A model generated the notes under the pieces. The model ran no database searches. It had not been told where the DNA came from and worked only from the letters and a program-made list of their open reading frames with translations. A program made the position numbers and the translations under genes. From the NCBI RefSeq assembly GCF_024521635.1, contig NW_026250412.1, positions 682,001 through 746,000 of the forward strand: a DNA stretch of 64,000 nt, written 5' to 3'. Of the stretch, positions 37,669-48,157 are shown piece by piece; position 1 is the stretch's first letter; each line of letters opens with the position of its first letter. The stretch comes from Tricharina praecox (lineage: Eukaryota).

Positions 37669-39615
37669 ATGAACCGCATCAGAACACTCTTGCGGTTGCG
37701 TGGTGTGCCCCGCAATTGCGCTCGGAAACCCAACAGCCTCGAACATTCCTTTGTTGCACCTTACTCCTCCACCTCTACCCCCACCACGACCACGACAACG
37801 ACGACTGCGACAGCGACGACAACAACTGCTACCGCAACCACCTCAAAATTCGCCAGCCGGCATACCGTCCCTTCTTCTTATTCTCCGCCGACCGTTGACA
37901 CCGCTACACCCGGAGTGCTCGTCCGCCGCGTCGCCAACTCGCAGCGGAAAAGAAAGAAGAAGAAGCCGGAAGAGGAGATCCTCGTCGAAACCATGTTTGT
38001 CCTGGTCAGCACCATCCGCGGGTGGGGCAACACCGACCTCTTCAGCCGGGCAATCCAGCACGTCCTACGTCCGTACTTTGAAGGCGATGAGTTCTACAAC
38101 CGCAAATGGGATCTGTAGCTGGCCCTGAACCCCATGTTTAATTCCGTGCCGTCATTAACCTATGCTCCCACCAGGTATCACTACGAGACTTCGGTTCGAG
38201 ACTTCTTCCTGCTGCCTATCGACCAGGCGCAGGAGTTCCTGAAGGACCTATCCGAGCAGACGGGCATCACTAAGGGCCTCCTCGACCCTCCCAACAAGCT
38301 CGCCTTCTTCATTTCCCCGGAAGCCGCGCAGGAGGAGCCAAAGTTGATCGGTAGCGTCTCCTCGAAGGAGGAGTTCAACAAGCTCGTCGCTGCGCACAGC
38401 TGGTCGGACGAGGTGATTGCCGACCGAAAGAAGAAGGAGAAGGTGAAGAAGGCCCGCAAGAAGAAGGAGAAACAGAGTCTCGCGATGATGGGCTACAACT
38501 CGAGTGTGCGCACTGCACGCCAGCACCTGGGACTTGGGATGAAGGCGTGTGCAATGAAGGAAGCCGCCGGCGAGGGAGTCTCTGAAGACCGTCCCAGACC
38601 CGTCCTGGTGGCAATCGACGTCGAGGCGTGGGAACAGGACCACAACCAGATCACCGAGATCGGAATAGCGACGCTAGACACGGCATTGATTCCGTCGGCC
38701 GCCGAGTTGCCAGCTCTTTCGCTGGCGGATATGGACATGGCCAACATCGACTACGACAACCCCGCGCCCAAGACCCGTGCCTCCGTCATCAACGAGCTGA
38801 TCAAGTGCCGCCACCTGCGGATCCACGAGAACCGCTCGCTGAGGAACGGAATATACGTTAGCGATGCGGCCGACAAGTTCGACTTCGGCGAGTCAGAGTG
38901 GGTAAGCCTCGGCGACGTCCCCGCGATCCTGGGCGAGTCTCTACGCTTCTTCGACGAGAACGGCAATAAGAGGAACGTCATCATCGTCGGCCACGACGTA
39001 AAACAGGACCTGGCATACCTCCGCATCACCGGATATGACGTGTGGAACATCAAGGACCTGGAGGTGATGGATACCACCGCCATGTACAAGGCCGTCAACG
39101 ACGTGCACGAGTCCCGCGGTCTCGGAAGAGTACTGACGGACATGGGCGTGATCTTCTGGAACCTCCACAACGCTGGTAAGCCTCGCCCGCTCCTCACCCG
39201 CTCTCACCCCCGCGACGCACACTGACACAACCCAGGAAACGACGCAGCCTACACCCTGCAAGCCTTCGTCTGCCTCGCGGACCGGGGCCTGCCACCGTAC
39301 AGCCACCAACCGGCCTCGCCCGTCGCCGTCCCAGCCGAGGACGAGATCCCGCCCGCCACGCTGCCGGAGCCGAAGGAAGGCGAGTACCCAGACTACGAAG
39401 ACCTTGTTGAGTCCGGCTGCATCAGCTACATCGACCCGGCCAAGAACCAGCTGGGCCCACGGCCGAAGTCGGGCAAGAAGGGAGGAAGGGCCAGGGCGAA
39501 TCGAGACGGCTTCGAGCCTCCGCAGGAGCCGAAGAGAACGGTTACCGCTCAGCAGATCGCGGAGGTCGAGGATGGCTGGGGCACTAGTAAACCCGTCGAG
39601 GACGATGTGTGGTAG
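37669..39615 (+). CDS. QIP (QDE-2-interacting protein)/Gfd2-YDR514C family DEDDh exonuclease; introns 38115-38174 and ~39176-39235
   Basis: Motifs LVAIDVEAWEQDHNQITEIGIATLDT, HLRIHENRSLRNGIYV..FDFGESEWV, IIVGHDVKQDLAYL, VMDT and spliced LHNAGNDAAYTLQAF. Confidence 0.82.
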
Positions 39616-40035
39616 GGAACGACAGAAACGCTCAGGGGCTGGGTGGCGTGGCGTTTCGTGGGCTTTTTCTTGACTTGTTGGCTTTTTTTTTCTTCTTCTA
39701 ATTTGTGACGGCACGATTTGTACCGGTGACGGTGACGATGGTAGGTTGGTTGATGATGGGAATACTTGCAGACCCTCCCCTCAGCATACTTCTACATATG
39801 TTCATCCAATTGTTAGGCTTGGGGCTTTGCTGGTACGGCAATACCTGCGAAATAGATGTTGATGACATGTGTAGTTACCTACAATAAACGATGGATCCGT
39901 TTCCTGACAGAATGAATACCTAGCATAAACTACTATATATCCGGTGAAGAGACGCTGCCCACCCAGAGACGTCGGATATCCGCAGCCAACTACATCACCA
40001 TACCAACGGCGCAGCGGTCACGAGAAGTCTGGGCC

Positions 40036-40130
40036 ATGAGACCACGCGCTTGTAACAGTTGCTTGGAACAGTTGGTTGGAACAATTGCTTGGAAAAGTTT
40101 CTTGGAAAAGTTTCTTGGAAAAGTTACTGG
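40036..40130. repeat. ~13-bp degenerate tandem repeat (GGAAAAGTTTCTT / GGAACAGTTGCTT)
   Basis: About 6 visible units. Confidence 0.75.
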
Positions 40131-41639
40131 GAGCTGACCAGCGCTCGCCTGTTTACGATCGCCGCCGCCCCACATGACAAACACCAGCAGTCAGCAGCCA
40201 ACAGTCGGCGCGCCGGGTGGGTGGGTGGTTTATTCACGGACCGAACCAACCGTGTACCGGTATGAAGAGCGGGCTTGGGAAATGGGAGATGGAAGTCGCC
40301 CGGCGCCGTCCCTCCGACCAGCGCTGGACTCGAAGCGTCGGCCGCGGCTGCGGCTGTGGCTGTGGCAGACTCATCATCCGCAGTCGTAACCCGGCGGCGG
40401 GTTCTGTGCTTTCGGAATGGGGTGGGGTGGGAGTGGATTCGCGTTCGGAGCTCGATTCAAGGGCTGGGAATGGGAGTCACATCTGAAGACTGAAGCTTGC
40501 CAGGACTACACGGCGATTAATGTTGTATGTAGCTTGGCTGGTAGAGGTAGCTTGGCTGGTAGAGTTAGCTTGGTTGGTAGAGGTAGAGGTGATTTCCGTC
40601 CTCGAGCTCTCCAGCCACTGTCGAGCACAGAGCTGGGGCAGATTGAGCGACCTCCCGTGCCTTCCTCAAGTCACCCAGCAACCCAGGGTTTGGAAGAATA
40701 CAGGAAAAGGCTTGGAAGAACTGTAGGCTTGGATGGATGGTTAGGTACAGTCTTCGTACTGTACATAGCTCGTCGTTTTTACTTGCCGTTGTATCCGAAA
40801 GAGACGCCGATCAGGGACCATGGTTGTCCCCGCAGCCGTATGTAGTTGGGCTCCTCTGTTCCAAATTTCGCGACTAAGCATTCGCGGTCGAAGCCGGACT
40901 GCGCGCAATCTTTCGACGGCTCGCTCTTCCGCCGCAGCCTGCCACGGCCTTAGTCTCACACATACCTAACTTGTCCCTCGCGCCACTCCTCGGCCCCATT
41001 GTCCCGCAGTCAAGTAACAGGTTTCACGGGATTTCACTCGGTCATCAATTCGCACTCCTGACTGATGACTAGTGCGAGCTCCCAGTGATCATAAGCACCA
41101 CAAGTTGCAGTGGCCATTGAGAGAACGGCAGTGGTATGCACAAGTACTATAGAGCACCGCCATCCGGCAGAACTAGGACGGCGGCGGCGGGGGTGGCAGC
41201 GGGTGAGTGATCTCGCATGATTCCCCTAATACGGCGGTTCTGAACCGTCAATTCTCGGGAATGTGTTGCTGTGTTGCTTAAACAGAGGTTTAGTCACCCA
41301 GTTTGATGTCGAGCGGATAGGGGAGACAATGGTAGGTGAGACAGGTGGATCGAGGGCCATTGAACATGTAATGCGATGCACCAGAGTCTGTTTGTTTATT
41401 CATTGATTGCATGCGACCTATGTAGATCATGGGAATATCTCCCTGTTCACCCCCGTTTCCACGCCACTGTCCAACCCAACTTTCATCGAGCGGCCCGATG
41501 TGGCTTTCCCTGCCCTCCGCCCTGGCCTTTCCCGAAAGTAAATCTCCATCGTTCGCCCCGCACCCACGCGCCCCGTACACTCGCCGCCCGTACTCGCGCC
41601 CGCGCTCTCAAGTCTTCCCATCTCCGCTGCACGTCTCTA

Positions 41640-41960
41640 GTCCGCTATTCTACATCGCCTGGCTCCTCAAATTCCGCACCCTCCTCCTCCTTATCCTCCT
41701 CCTCCTCCTCCTGGAGTCGCCTCAGCTCCGCTCTCTCTTCCCGCTCCCTCAGCTCCCACTCCGACACCTCACTTACTGCATCTTCCTCATCAGTATCTGG
41801 GATCCTCCTGCCCACAACAGTGGAGGAAAGGAAGTCGAGGATGGCTTGGCTGCACCGCTCGTCTGCAAAGAGGTCCCGGATTTTGAAGCGGTCTTTGCCC
41901 CTCCTTGTCTGCTTCCTGACTTCTGCCCATAGTGTCTTTTACTGATGTTTCCAATTGAAT
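41640..41960 (-). mobile_element. 3'-terminal fragment of a fungal non-LTR (LINE-like) retrotransposon ORF2
   Basis: The minus frame reads NWKHQ*KTLWAEVRKQTRRGKDRFKIRDLFADERCSQAILDFLSSTVVGRRIPDTDEEDAVSEVSEWELRERE, which resembles from memory the C-terminus of fungal LINE RT/RNase H proteins. Confidence 0.6.
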
Positions 41961-42257
41961 CCATCCAGATAGGCAGCCACATACGACCGACCAACCGATC
42001 ATGCTGAGTCCAAAAGAGCTGCAGGGCCCGCCACTGTCCCAAGCAGGGCCACCGACTCGCTGGCTAGTCAATCCAAATTTCTCATTTGGCTGGGGGGAAA
42101 ATCCGACCGGTTCGCAGCAACGAGTGCTTGTTCGTCGTTCGCGAGAAATGCTCGTCCGGAGCGGCGACGGTCGAAAGTCTGTTGTACCCGCCTCCAGATC
42201 GGGCACATTTTCTTGATGCGGCCAGTTTCGGCACAATAAAAACAAATGTTGTTGTCA

Positions 42258-43088
42258 CTAGAGTTGTGTGGACGTTTGCCGGCCGATGGTCGAATGGTTG
42301 TTCATATTGCAAGTGGTACACCACCGGTTGTTTGACTCCGCTTGACCATCTTTTCCTCCGCTTCCACCTCTTCCATTTCCTCCGCTTCCACCTCTTCCGT
42401 TTCCTCTTCCGTTTCCTCTTCTTCCATAGGCGAACCGTGCTACACCCAGTGATTCACTGTCTTGATCTGCCTTCCTAGCCAGTCTGTTCTGCTCTGCATC
42501 TCGGAGGGCTTGAGATATAGATGCAACAGTAGCCATGCCTGCCGGCAACCCCAACATCATGTCGAGCGTGGGTTGATACTGCTCAGGAGTTGTGACGTAG
42601 ATATGGTACAGGAACTTTTCGTCCGATATAGCACCTTCGGTTCCGGTCAGCTGAGCTCGCAAGCCATTCAGGCGGGCGAGATATGCCAAGATGCTCTCAC
42701 GGGGTTTTGGACGGGCGATGTCGAAAGCCTTGCCGATTGTTCCACGCCGGCCAAACGAGGCCGCACCGCCGAGTATCTTCGCAAGCGTATCCCACATTTC
42801 TTTCGGATCCGTGATACCCGATAAGTGGATGCCAACCTCGTGGGTACAGGAGAGTAGGATTACTGCCGCAGCAAGACCTTGCCGCTTTTTGAAGCTTTCA
42901 CGTTTCGCGACGTTCGCGGCGGAGTTGCCGATAGGCATGGCTTTTTCGGTTTCTTCGCCCGTAACGATCTCAAATGCGAGCTTCGCCGAGAGGATTGCCG
43001 CAATGCACGGTTTCCAGACGTCGTAGTTGTCCGAGGAAAGATTCTCGAGGGAGCCGTACTTGCAGTGGTACATTTCGGCGGTCAACAT
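42258..43088 (-). CDS. Copia-type Gag (Retrotran_gag_2/UBN2-like), C-terminally disrupted
   Basis: 276-aa ORF with gag motifs, a GRGG-rich linker and a CX2CX4H knuckle lacking the final Cys. Confidence 0.8.
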   Translation of the reverse strand: MLTAEMYHCKYGSLENLSSDNYDVWKPCIAAILSAKLAFEIVTGEETEKAMPIGNSAANVAKRESFKKRQGLAAAVILLSCTHEVGIHLSGITDPKEMWDTLAKILGGAASFGRRGTIGKAFDIARPKPRESILAYLARLNGLRAQLTGTEGAISDEKFLYHIYVTTPEQYQPTLDMMLGLPAGMATVASISQALRDAEQNRLARKADQDSESLGVARFAYGRRGNGRGNGRGGSGGNGRGGSGGKDGQAESNNRWCTTCNMNNHSTIGRQTSTQL

Positions 43089-43698
43089 GGTGGATTACGG
43101 TATGCGGGTGGCGATAGGCAGCTCGTTGTGTTGGAAGATAGTGATTTGATAGCGCTGGGCCGTGCTCGTAACCTGTTGGATAGCAATGAACGAGTATTGT
43201 ATTGAGAGAGTCTGAAAGCCTCGAGAGAAGATATAAAAGAGGGGTGGTAGGTGGCCAGTGATTCCGCCGTCATGACCGAGTAAGCGACCAAGTAACGAAC
43301 TAGGGAGAGAGATCTTCAATTTATTTCGCATGCAGCCTATCTAGACTATGGCGAACCGTCGCACTCCTTTCCTGCCCGCTGTGGCCGGCCGGAGTGGAGA
43401 CCCCGCTACCGGCCAGCACGATATGGAGCCGTAAGGAACGAACGACTCGATATTGCAACACCAACGCCTCGAAACGACCGAGTGATGCCGAGGTCGGTGT
43501 GCCCAACTACTATTAGCACATACATAGGGCTTGAAGGCTAGAATCCCGGATGTGCTTTGGTCTATATACCACATACTATGATAGCCCCTCGACCGTTTAC
43601 AGCCCGTTCCCGGCTGTGGCAATCGACCGGAAAATCGGTACTACTGCTTTCTGACGCACACGCACAATATGTAACGAGATTGAAACCTCATGATATTC

Positions 43699-44133
43699 TT
43701 AGATAGATAGCGATTTAGAGTAGGTAGATGCAAATAAGCAGATTCTATTTGGTTGTTTATGTACAGCTTTGTGGTGGGGCCCGTGTTGGCCACTATGCTT
43801 TGCAAGAGTGACGGCGTCACAAAGAGCCTCAGAGTGTTGTAAAACTCGCCATCCGACTCGAGCTAGGTAATCGAACTGTGAGATATCTGTTTCTGACTCC
43901 GCTCCTGGAGGAGGCGACTGACTCGGAGGGAGCCATAGGCAAATGTGTGTTCGAACTTCGTGGACGGCGCGGGCGAGTGACTTTCGATTTTTTCGATTTT
44001 TTTCTCGCCGATCTTTTGCCCTCTTCGTGGGGTCAGGCTCTGTGTAGGAACTTTCGCCGTCTGAAAGGAAGGAGGGAGCATCGTGAGAGATGGGTTTGTG
44101 TGGATGGTGGCGGTGTGGGTTTCTGTCAGGCAT
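43699..44133 (-). CDS. Hypothetical small basic protein, possibly a divergent bHLH
   Basis: Open frame (track ORF to 44229; internal AUG MPDRN near 44133) with a basic stretch KRAKDRREKNRKNRKSLARAVHEVRTHI. Confidence 0.3.
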   Translation of the reverse strand: MPDRNPHRHHPHKPISHDAPSFLSDGESSYTEPDPTKRAKDRREKNRKNRKSLARAVHEVRTHICLWLPPSQSPPPGAESETDISQFDYLARVGWRVLQHSEALCDAVTLAKHSGQHGPHHKAVHKQPNRICLFASTYSKSLSI

Positions 44134-44719
44134 GATCGAGAGGTTTGAAAGTGCTTGACAGTGCTTGATGATTGCCTCAACCGAGTCTCCTAGGTATGAG
44201 TTTAAACCGCTGCGTACATAATTTATCATACACTTCGTCAGCTAATGCTATCAGACTTCAGGTGGAGCTAACATGAAAGACGGTATTTTTTTGATGCGGC
44301 AAAGTGGTCATAGTCGTCGAAAAAGCCCGGAAACTCAATATCTACGACAAGCCGATTGGAACTTTAGAAGCGGGACAACAAGCGCAGCCGAGAGGGCGAG
44401 TGACCTAAACTGGTCGAACGTGTGCCCGCTTTAGCTGTGTGAAAGAACCACCGGGATCGCTCCAGGCTCCAGCTTCTTCCGCCGGAACTGAAGCCAGTCG
44501 GGACATGCGTCAGGGCTCTTTTACTCTACTCTATGTATGTACTCGATGGGTCAACGGTACCTTCTAGTTATGTAGTTAATGCACGCAGTGCGTGGTGATG
44601 ATGGCGGTGGTGATGGTGGTGGCTGGATGGCTGGATGGCTGATGTGTATCCCCCCACCAACACCACTAGTGAAATGCTAAATCCTTAGCAGCTTCACAAA
44701 AAAAACTCGCCCCGAACAG

Positions 44720-44738
44720 CTCTTTCTATTTCTCTTTC

Positions 44739-44804
<66 letters not shown>

Positions 44805-44840
44805 CCCCCCCCCCCCAAAAAAAAAAAAAAAAAAAAGGGG
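44720..44840. repeat. Compound microsatellite: (CT)n followed by poly-C and poly-A runs
   Basis: Directly visible. Confidence 0.95.
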
Positions 44841-45161
44841 GTCACTCACTGGAGCTCTATCCACAAGAGGTCGGGAGGAATTGAGTTTTCGAGGTCGGCC
44901 CCCTTCCCCGTTGCCCATTGCCCCCTCGCCCCCTCGCCCATCCCCCACGCATGGATCCTCCTCCCCCGGAAGTCCGCACCGAATTCGATTCGGGGCGGGG
45001 GGGACGAGAAAGTTCTCGAACACGGTGGCCGGTGGGGTCTCGGCCGCGGCTAGTTAGAGTAGCTAGAGTAGGTAGCTAGAGCTCGCTCGCTACCTACTCT
45101 AGGCACTCCAGAGGGGATCGGTCCGTTGGATGCGCACGGGTAAATTGCTAGGCCGCAGTGT

Positions 45162-45260
45162 GGAGATTGAGATTGGAGATTGGGGATGGAGATTGGGGAT
45201 GGAGATCGGGGATGGAGATTGGGGATGGAGATTGGGGGTGGAGATTGGAGATGGAGATCT
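45162..45260. repeat. 12-bp tandem repeat (GAGATTGGGGAT-like)
   Basis: Directly visible degenerate units. Confidence 0.85.
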
Positions 45261-48157
45261 GAACGTTGAAGTTTGATGTTGGTTGATCGATATAATATCT
45301 GCTATTTACTCTATGAAGGTATGTTTGTTGTGGTTGTGGTTGTGGTTGTGGGGTATACTCACAGTTACTATGGTAGCGTTGCCCGCTCCATCCACAGTCC
45401 GAATCCCGAATTCCCTCACCGGAAAAACCTGACTCTGTCCACTCTCCAGTCTCCACCTCCTCCGTTCCACCGCGCGACATCCCCCGACCCGTGTGCGTGT
45501 GTATGGAGCACGACCTAGGCATGTAGAGCACCTAGAATACTCTATGCGCATGTCGTGACCGTCACCCATGAACTTAGCACAGTTCAACGTTACGAGGAGC
45601 GCATACTCTACATACCTGTTGGTTTTCTCTGCGTCGAGATACGAGACTCGAGTATTTACGGCATGTTTTTATTACAATCCACGGTCGTCGGTATTACGAA
45701 TTTACGCCGTGCGGTCGTGCAATCTTGGGAGGGGGGGCTATTTATAGGTGGCCACCGTTTCTGTGGCGCACTGGCGCAGACTCCGCGTGGACTGGAGTCT
45801 GGAGGGGAGTCCACGGACGCCAAAACTAGAGTGTGTAGAGTAACTACGATGATCCAACGGACATCGCTCCCCTCCAGGTGACGGTGGCACGGACTGGGCA
45901 AGGACGGTGGTGGCGGTGGCGCGAACAGAGGACAAAGAAGAATTGGAAGCTTCAGACAACGACTTGGAATAGGTACATAGTGGAATTCAACCATCGCGAT
46001 TCGCGACAGAGGGGATTTTGATGGGGTTGTGCACTTGGAAGTTGGGAGTCGAGGCCCTTTCCGAGTTTCCGACAAGCCGAGAAGCCGGCACCCCAACCCA
46101 AGCCCAAGCCCGTTCCGTCAAATACAAGCTTTTTTGCCAAGAGATCCGCATTTCCCGCGAAGGACTTTAGCCCAGAGTTCAAACGCGGGATTTGCTTGGT
46201 CGGTTGGAGTGACTGCTGACTTGGAATACGGTAACCAAGTGCTGATTCACTTGGAATAACCACCCACTTGGTTACTCGGCTTGCGAATGTCATACATTGG
46301 GTGACCGCGACGACAGTGGGCGGTGCTTTTTCTCAGCTGAGAATCGTCTCTCCCCCGGAAGATGGTTTCCCCCCTCCGCCCCCGGCACCATCAGCTTCGC
46401 CGGGTTACATGAATGTGCCGGTAACTACATACATCGTCGACCTACATGAGGGTGACGTGGATGCTGCTGCTACCGCATTGGAAAGAGGAGCTGACGACGA
46501 CTTTTTTATTTTTTCTTCTTTCGTCTGGCTGGATGGATGGATGGAGCGAACAGGCCGGCTCGCCGGTGAGGTGAGGCGAGGGGAGTCTGCGGTACCGTAT
46601 CGGATTCTGATTTTCTGCAGTCGCAAGTGGTTGTTTCCGATGCCCTTGCTTGACTTGAATCGACTCTTCAAGCACATTGTGTGCCACTATCCGCATGCTC
46701 GCTCGCTGAGGCTAGGTATGCTCTAGTTACTCTGCCCTGGAGTCTGGAGTCTGGGAGCACCATCATACTCCACCTAGGTACGGTACTTTGCTCTAGGCCT
46801 CACCCTCGCTGAGGCTACTCGATAGTACTCTGGAGTAACTACCCCGAGGCTACTCTGCTCGGGAGTACTCTACCCTACCCTACCCTAACTAGAGTACCTA
46901 CGCTACATGTACTCTAGGTCTCACTCTCGCCACCGTCCAGAATCCGGCATCGACATCCACGACCGTCACGGAGCCCACGAGTCCTAGCATATCTCACGCG
47001 GCAATCGCCCCGAGGTTGAGGACCGAACCATCATACGCTAGGTACCTATCGTCGTGGACCGTGGTGTCGCCGTTGCCGTCGGTGTTTGTTTGTTTGTTTG
47101 TTTGTTTGCGGTTGCTTGCTGACCATGGCATTCAGCCTCCGCCCAAAACTCCTCTGTTGCTACTACTCGAAAGTTTCTACCCTTCTCGATCGGGAGGATC
47201 GATGTTGCAATCAATCGCCATCCTGTGATGCTATGTAGTTAGTAAGCATGATAATGATGCCTGTAGCAGATCCCACCGCCCAGTGCATACCAGGTATGAT
47301 GTAGGTACTACAAGTATCTACTTGCCTATTGGATGAGCACATACCGTACCTACTGAATCCCATTATGGTACTATGGAGCCAATAACTTCCCCCGGAACTC
47401 CCACTGCGTATGTATCCTGCTGCCTGCACGGGAACGACGGCGGAGAACACCAATCAACCCCACACGGCTCGCTCGCCCGTGTATGATTCTTCACATGGGC
47501 ACTGGCGGACAACCCAGGACATCCAAGCACAACTGGGGACAACCAAGGACAACACCCTCGTAACAGTTGCAACCACCTTGTGCCCTGTGCTGATCCAAAA
47601 TTGGACGGTGTTTTGCTCCAATCGAGAAGCATTCCCCGTGTGACGGCACTCTACTCAAGGTCTCCATGTAGAGTAACTACTAGTAACCATATACTCTAGT
47701 TACTCTACATACGAAGGCAGTGCTGGGTCTGTGCAACGAACGAATTACTGGATACTACCTAGCAACTAAATAGACCTTCACGATGCACCGACCCCCGGGC
47801 CCGCAACCTGGTGCGTCACGAAGGTAAGCTTTCTTCACACCATCGTAGCCTGTCCGCTGGCCGTACCCGTTGGTTACATCGAGTTCGCCGGAAATACGTG
47901 CATTGGCTCGATACCTATGAGCGTGGGGCCTGCGCCGAGGACAGAGGGGAGAGAGGGCCGCGTGTTGTGCTGACCCCCCCCCCCCCCCCCCCCCCAAATA
48001 AAGTCACATCGGCCTCCACCTCCACCTCCAGCACCAGCACCCTCACCCTCTGGTTAGACTTCGTAGTAAGTAGATACTTGGCTCTTGGTCCGAGTCCGAT
48101 ATCGAAGAAGAAAACCCCCCATACACGTCTCCACCCTCCAACCGGCCAACCTGCAGC

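Larger units (their letters stand above)
41270..43460 (-). mobile_element. Decayed Ty1/copia LTR retrotransposon: candidate 5' LTR 43460-43174, PBS-like site ~43173-43151, gag ORF 43088-42258, protease remnant ~41400-41270
   Basis: Gag LSSDNYDVWKPCIAAILSAKLAFEIVTGEE...DPKEMWDTL with a broken zinc knuckle WCTTCNMNNHST. Copia protease motif DSGASHYMF...YPLDIKLGD. Candidate LTR TGTTGCA...TCCAACA followed by GGTTACGAGC, resembling the GGTTATGAGCCC half-tRNAiMet PBS. No integrase, RT or 3' LTR recognised. Confidence 0.8.
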
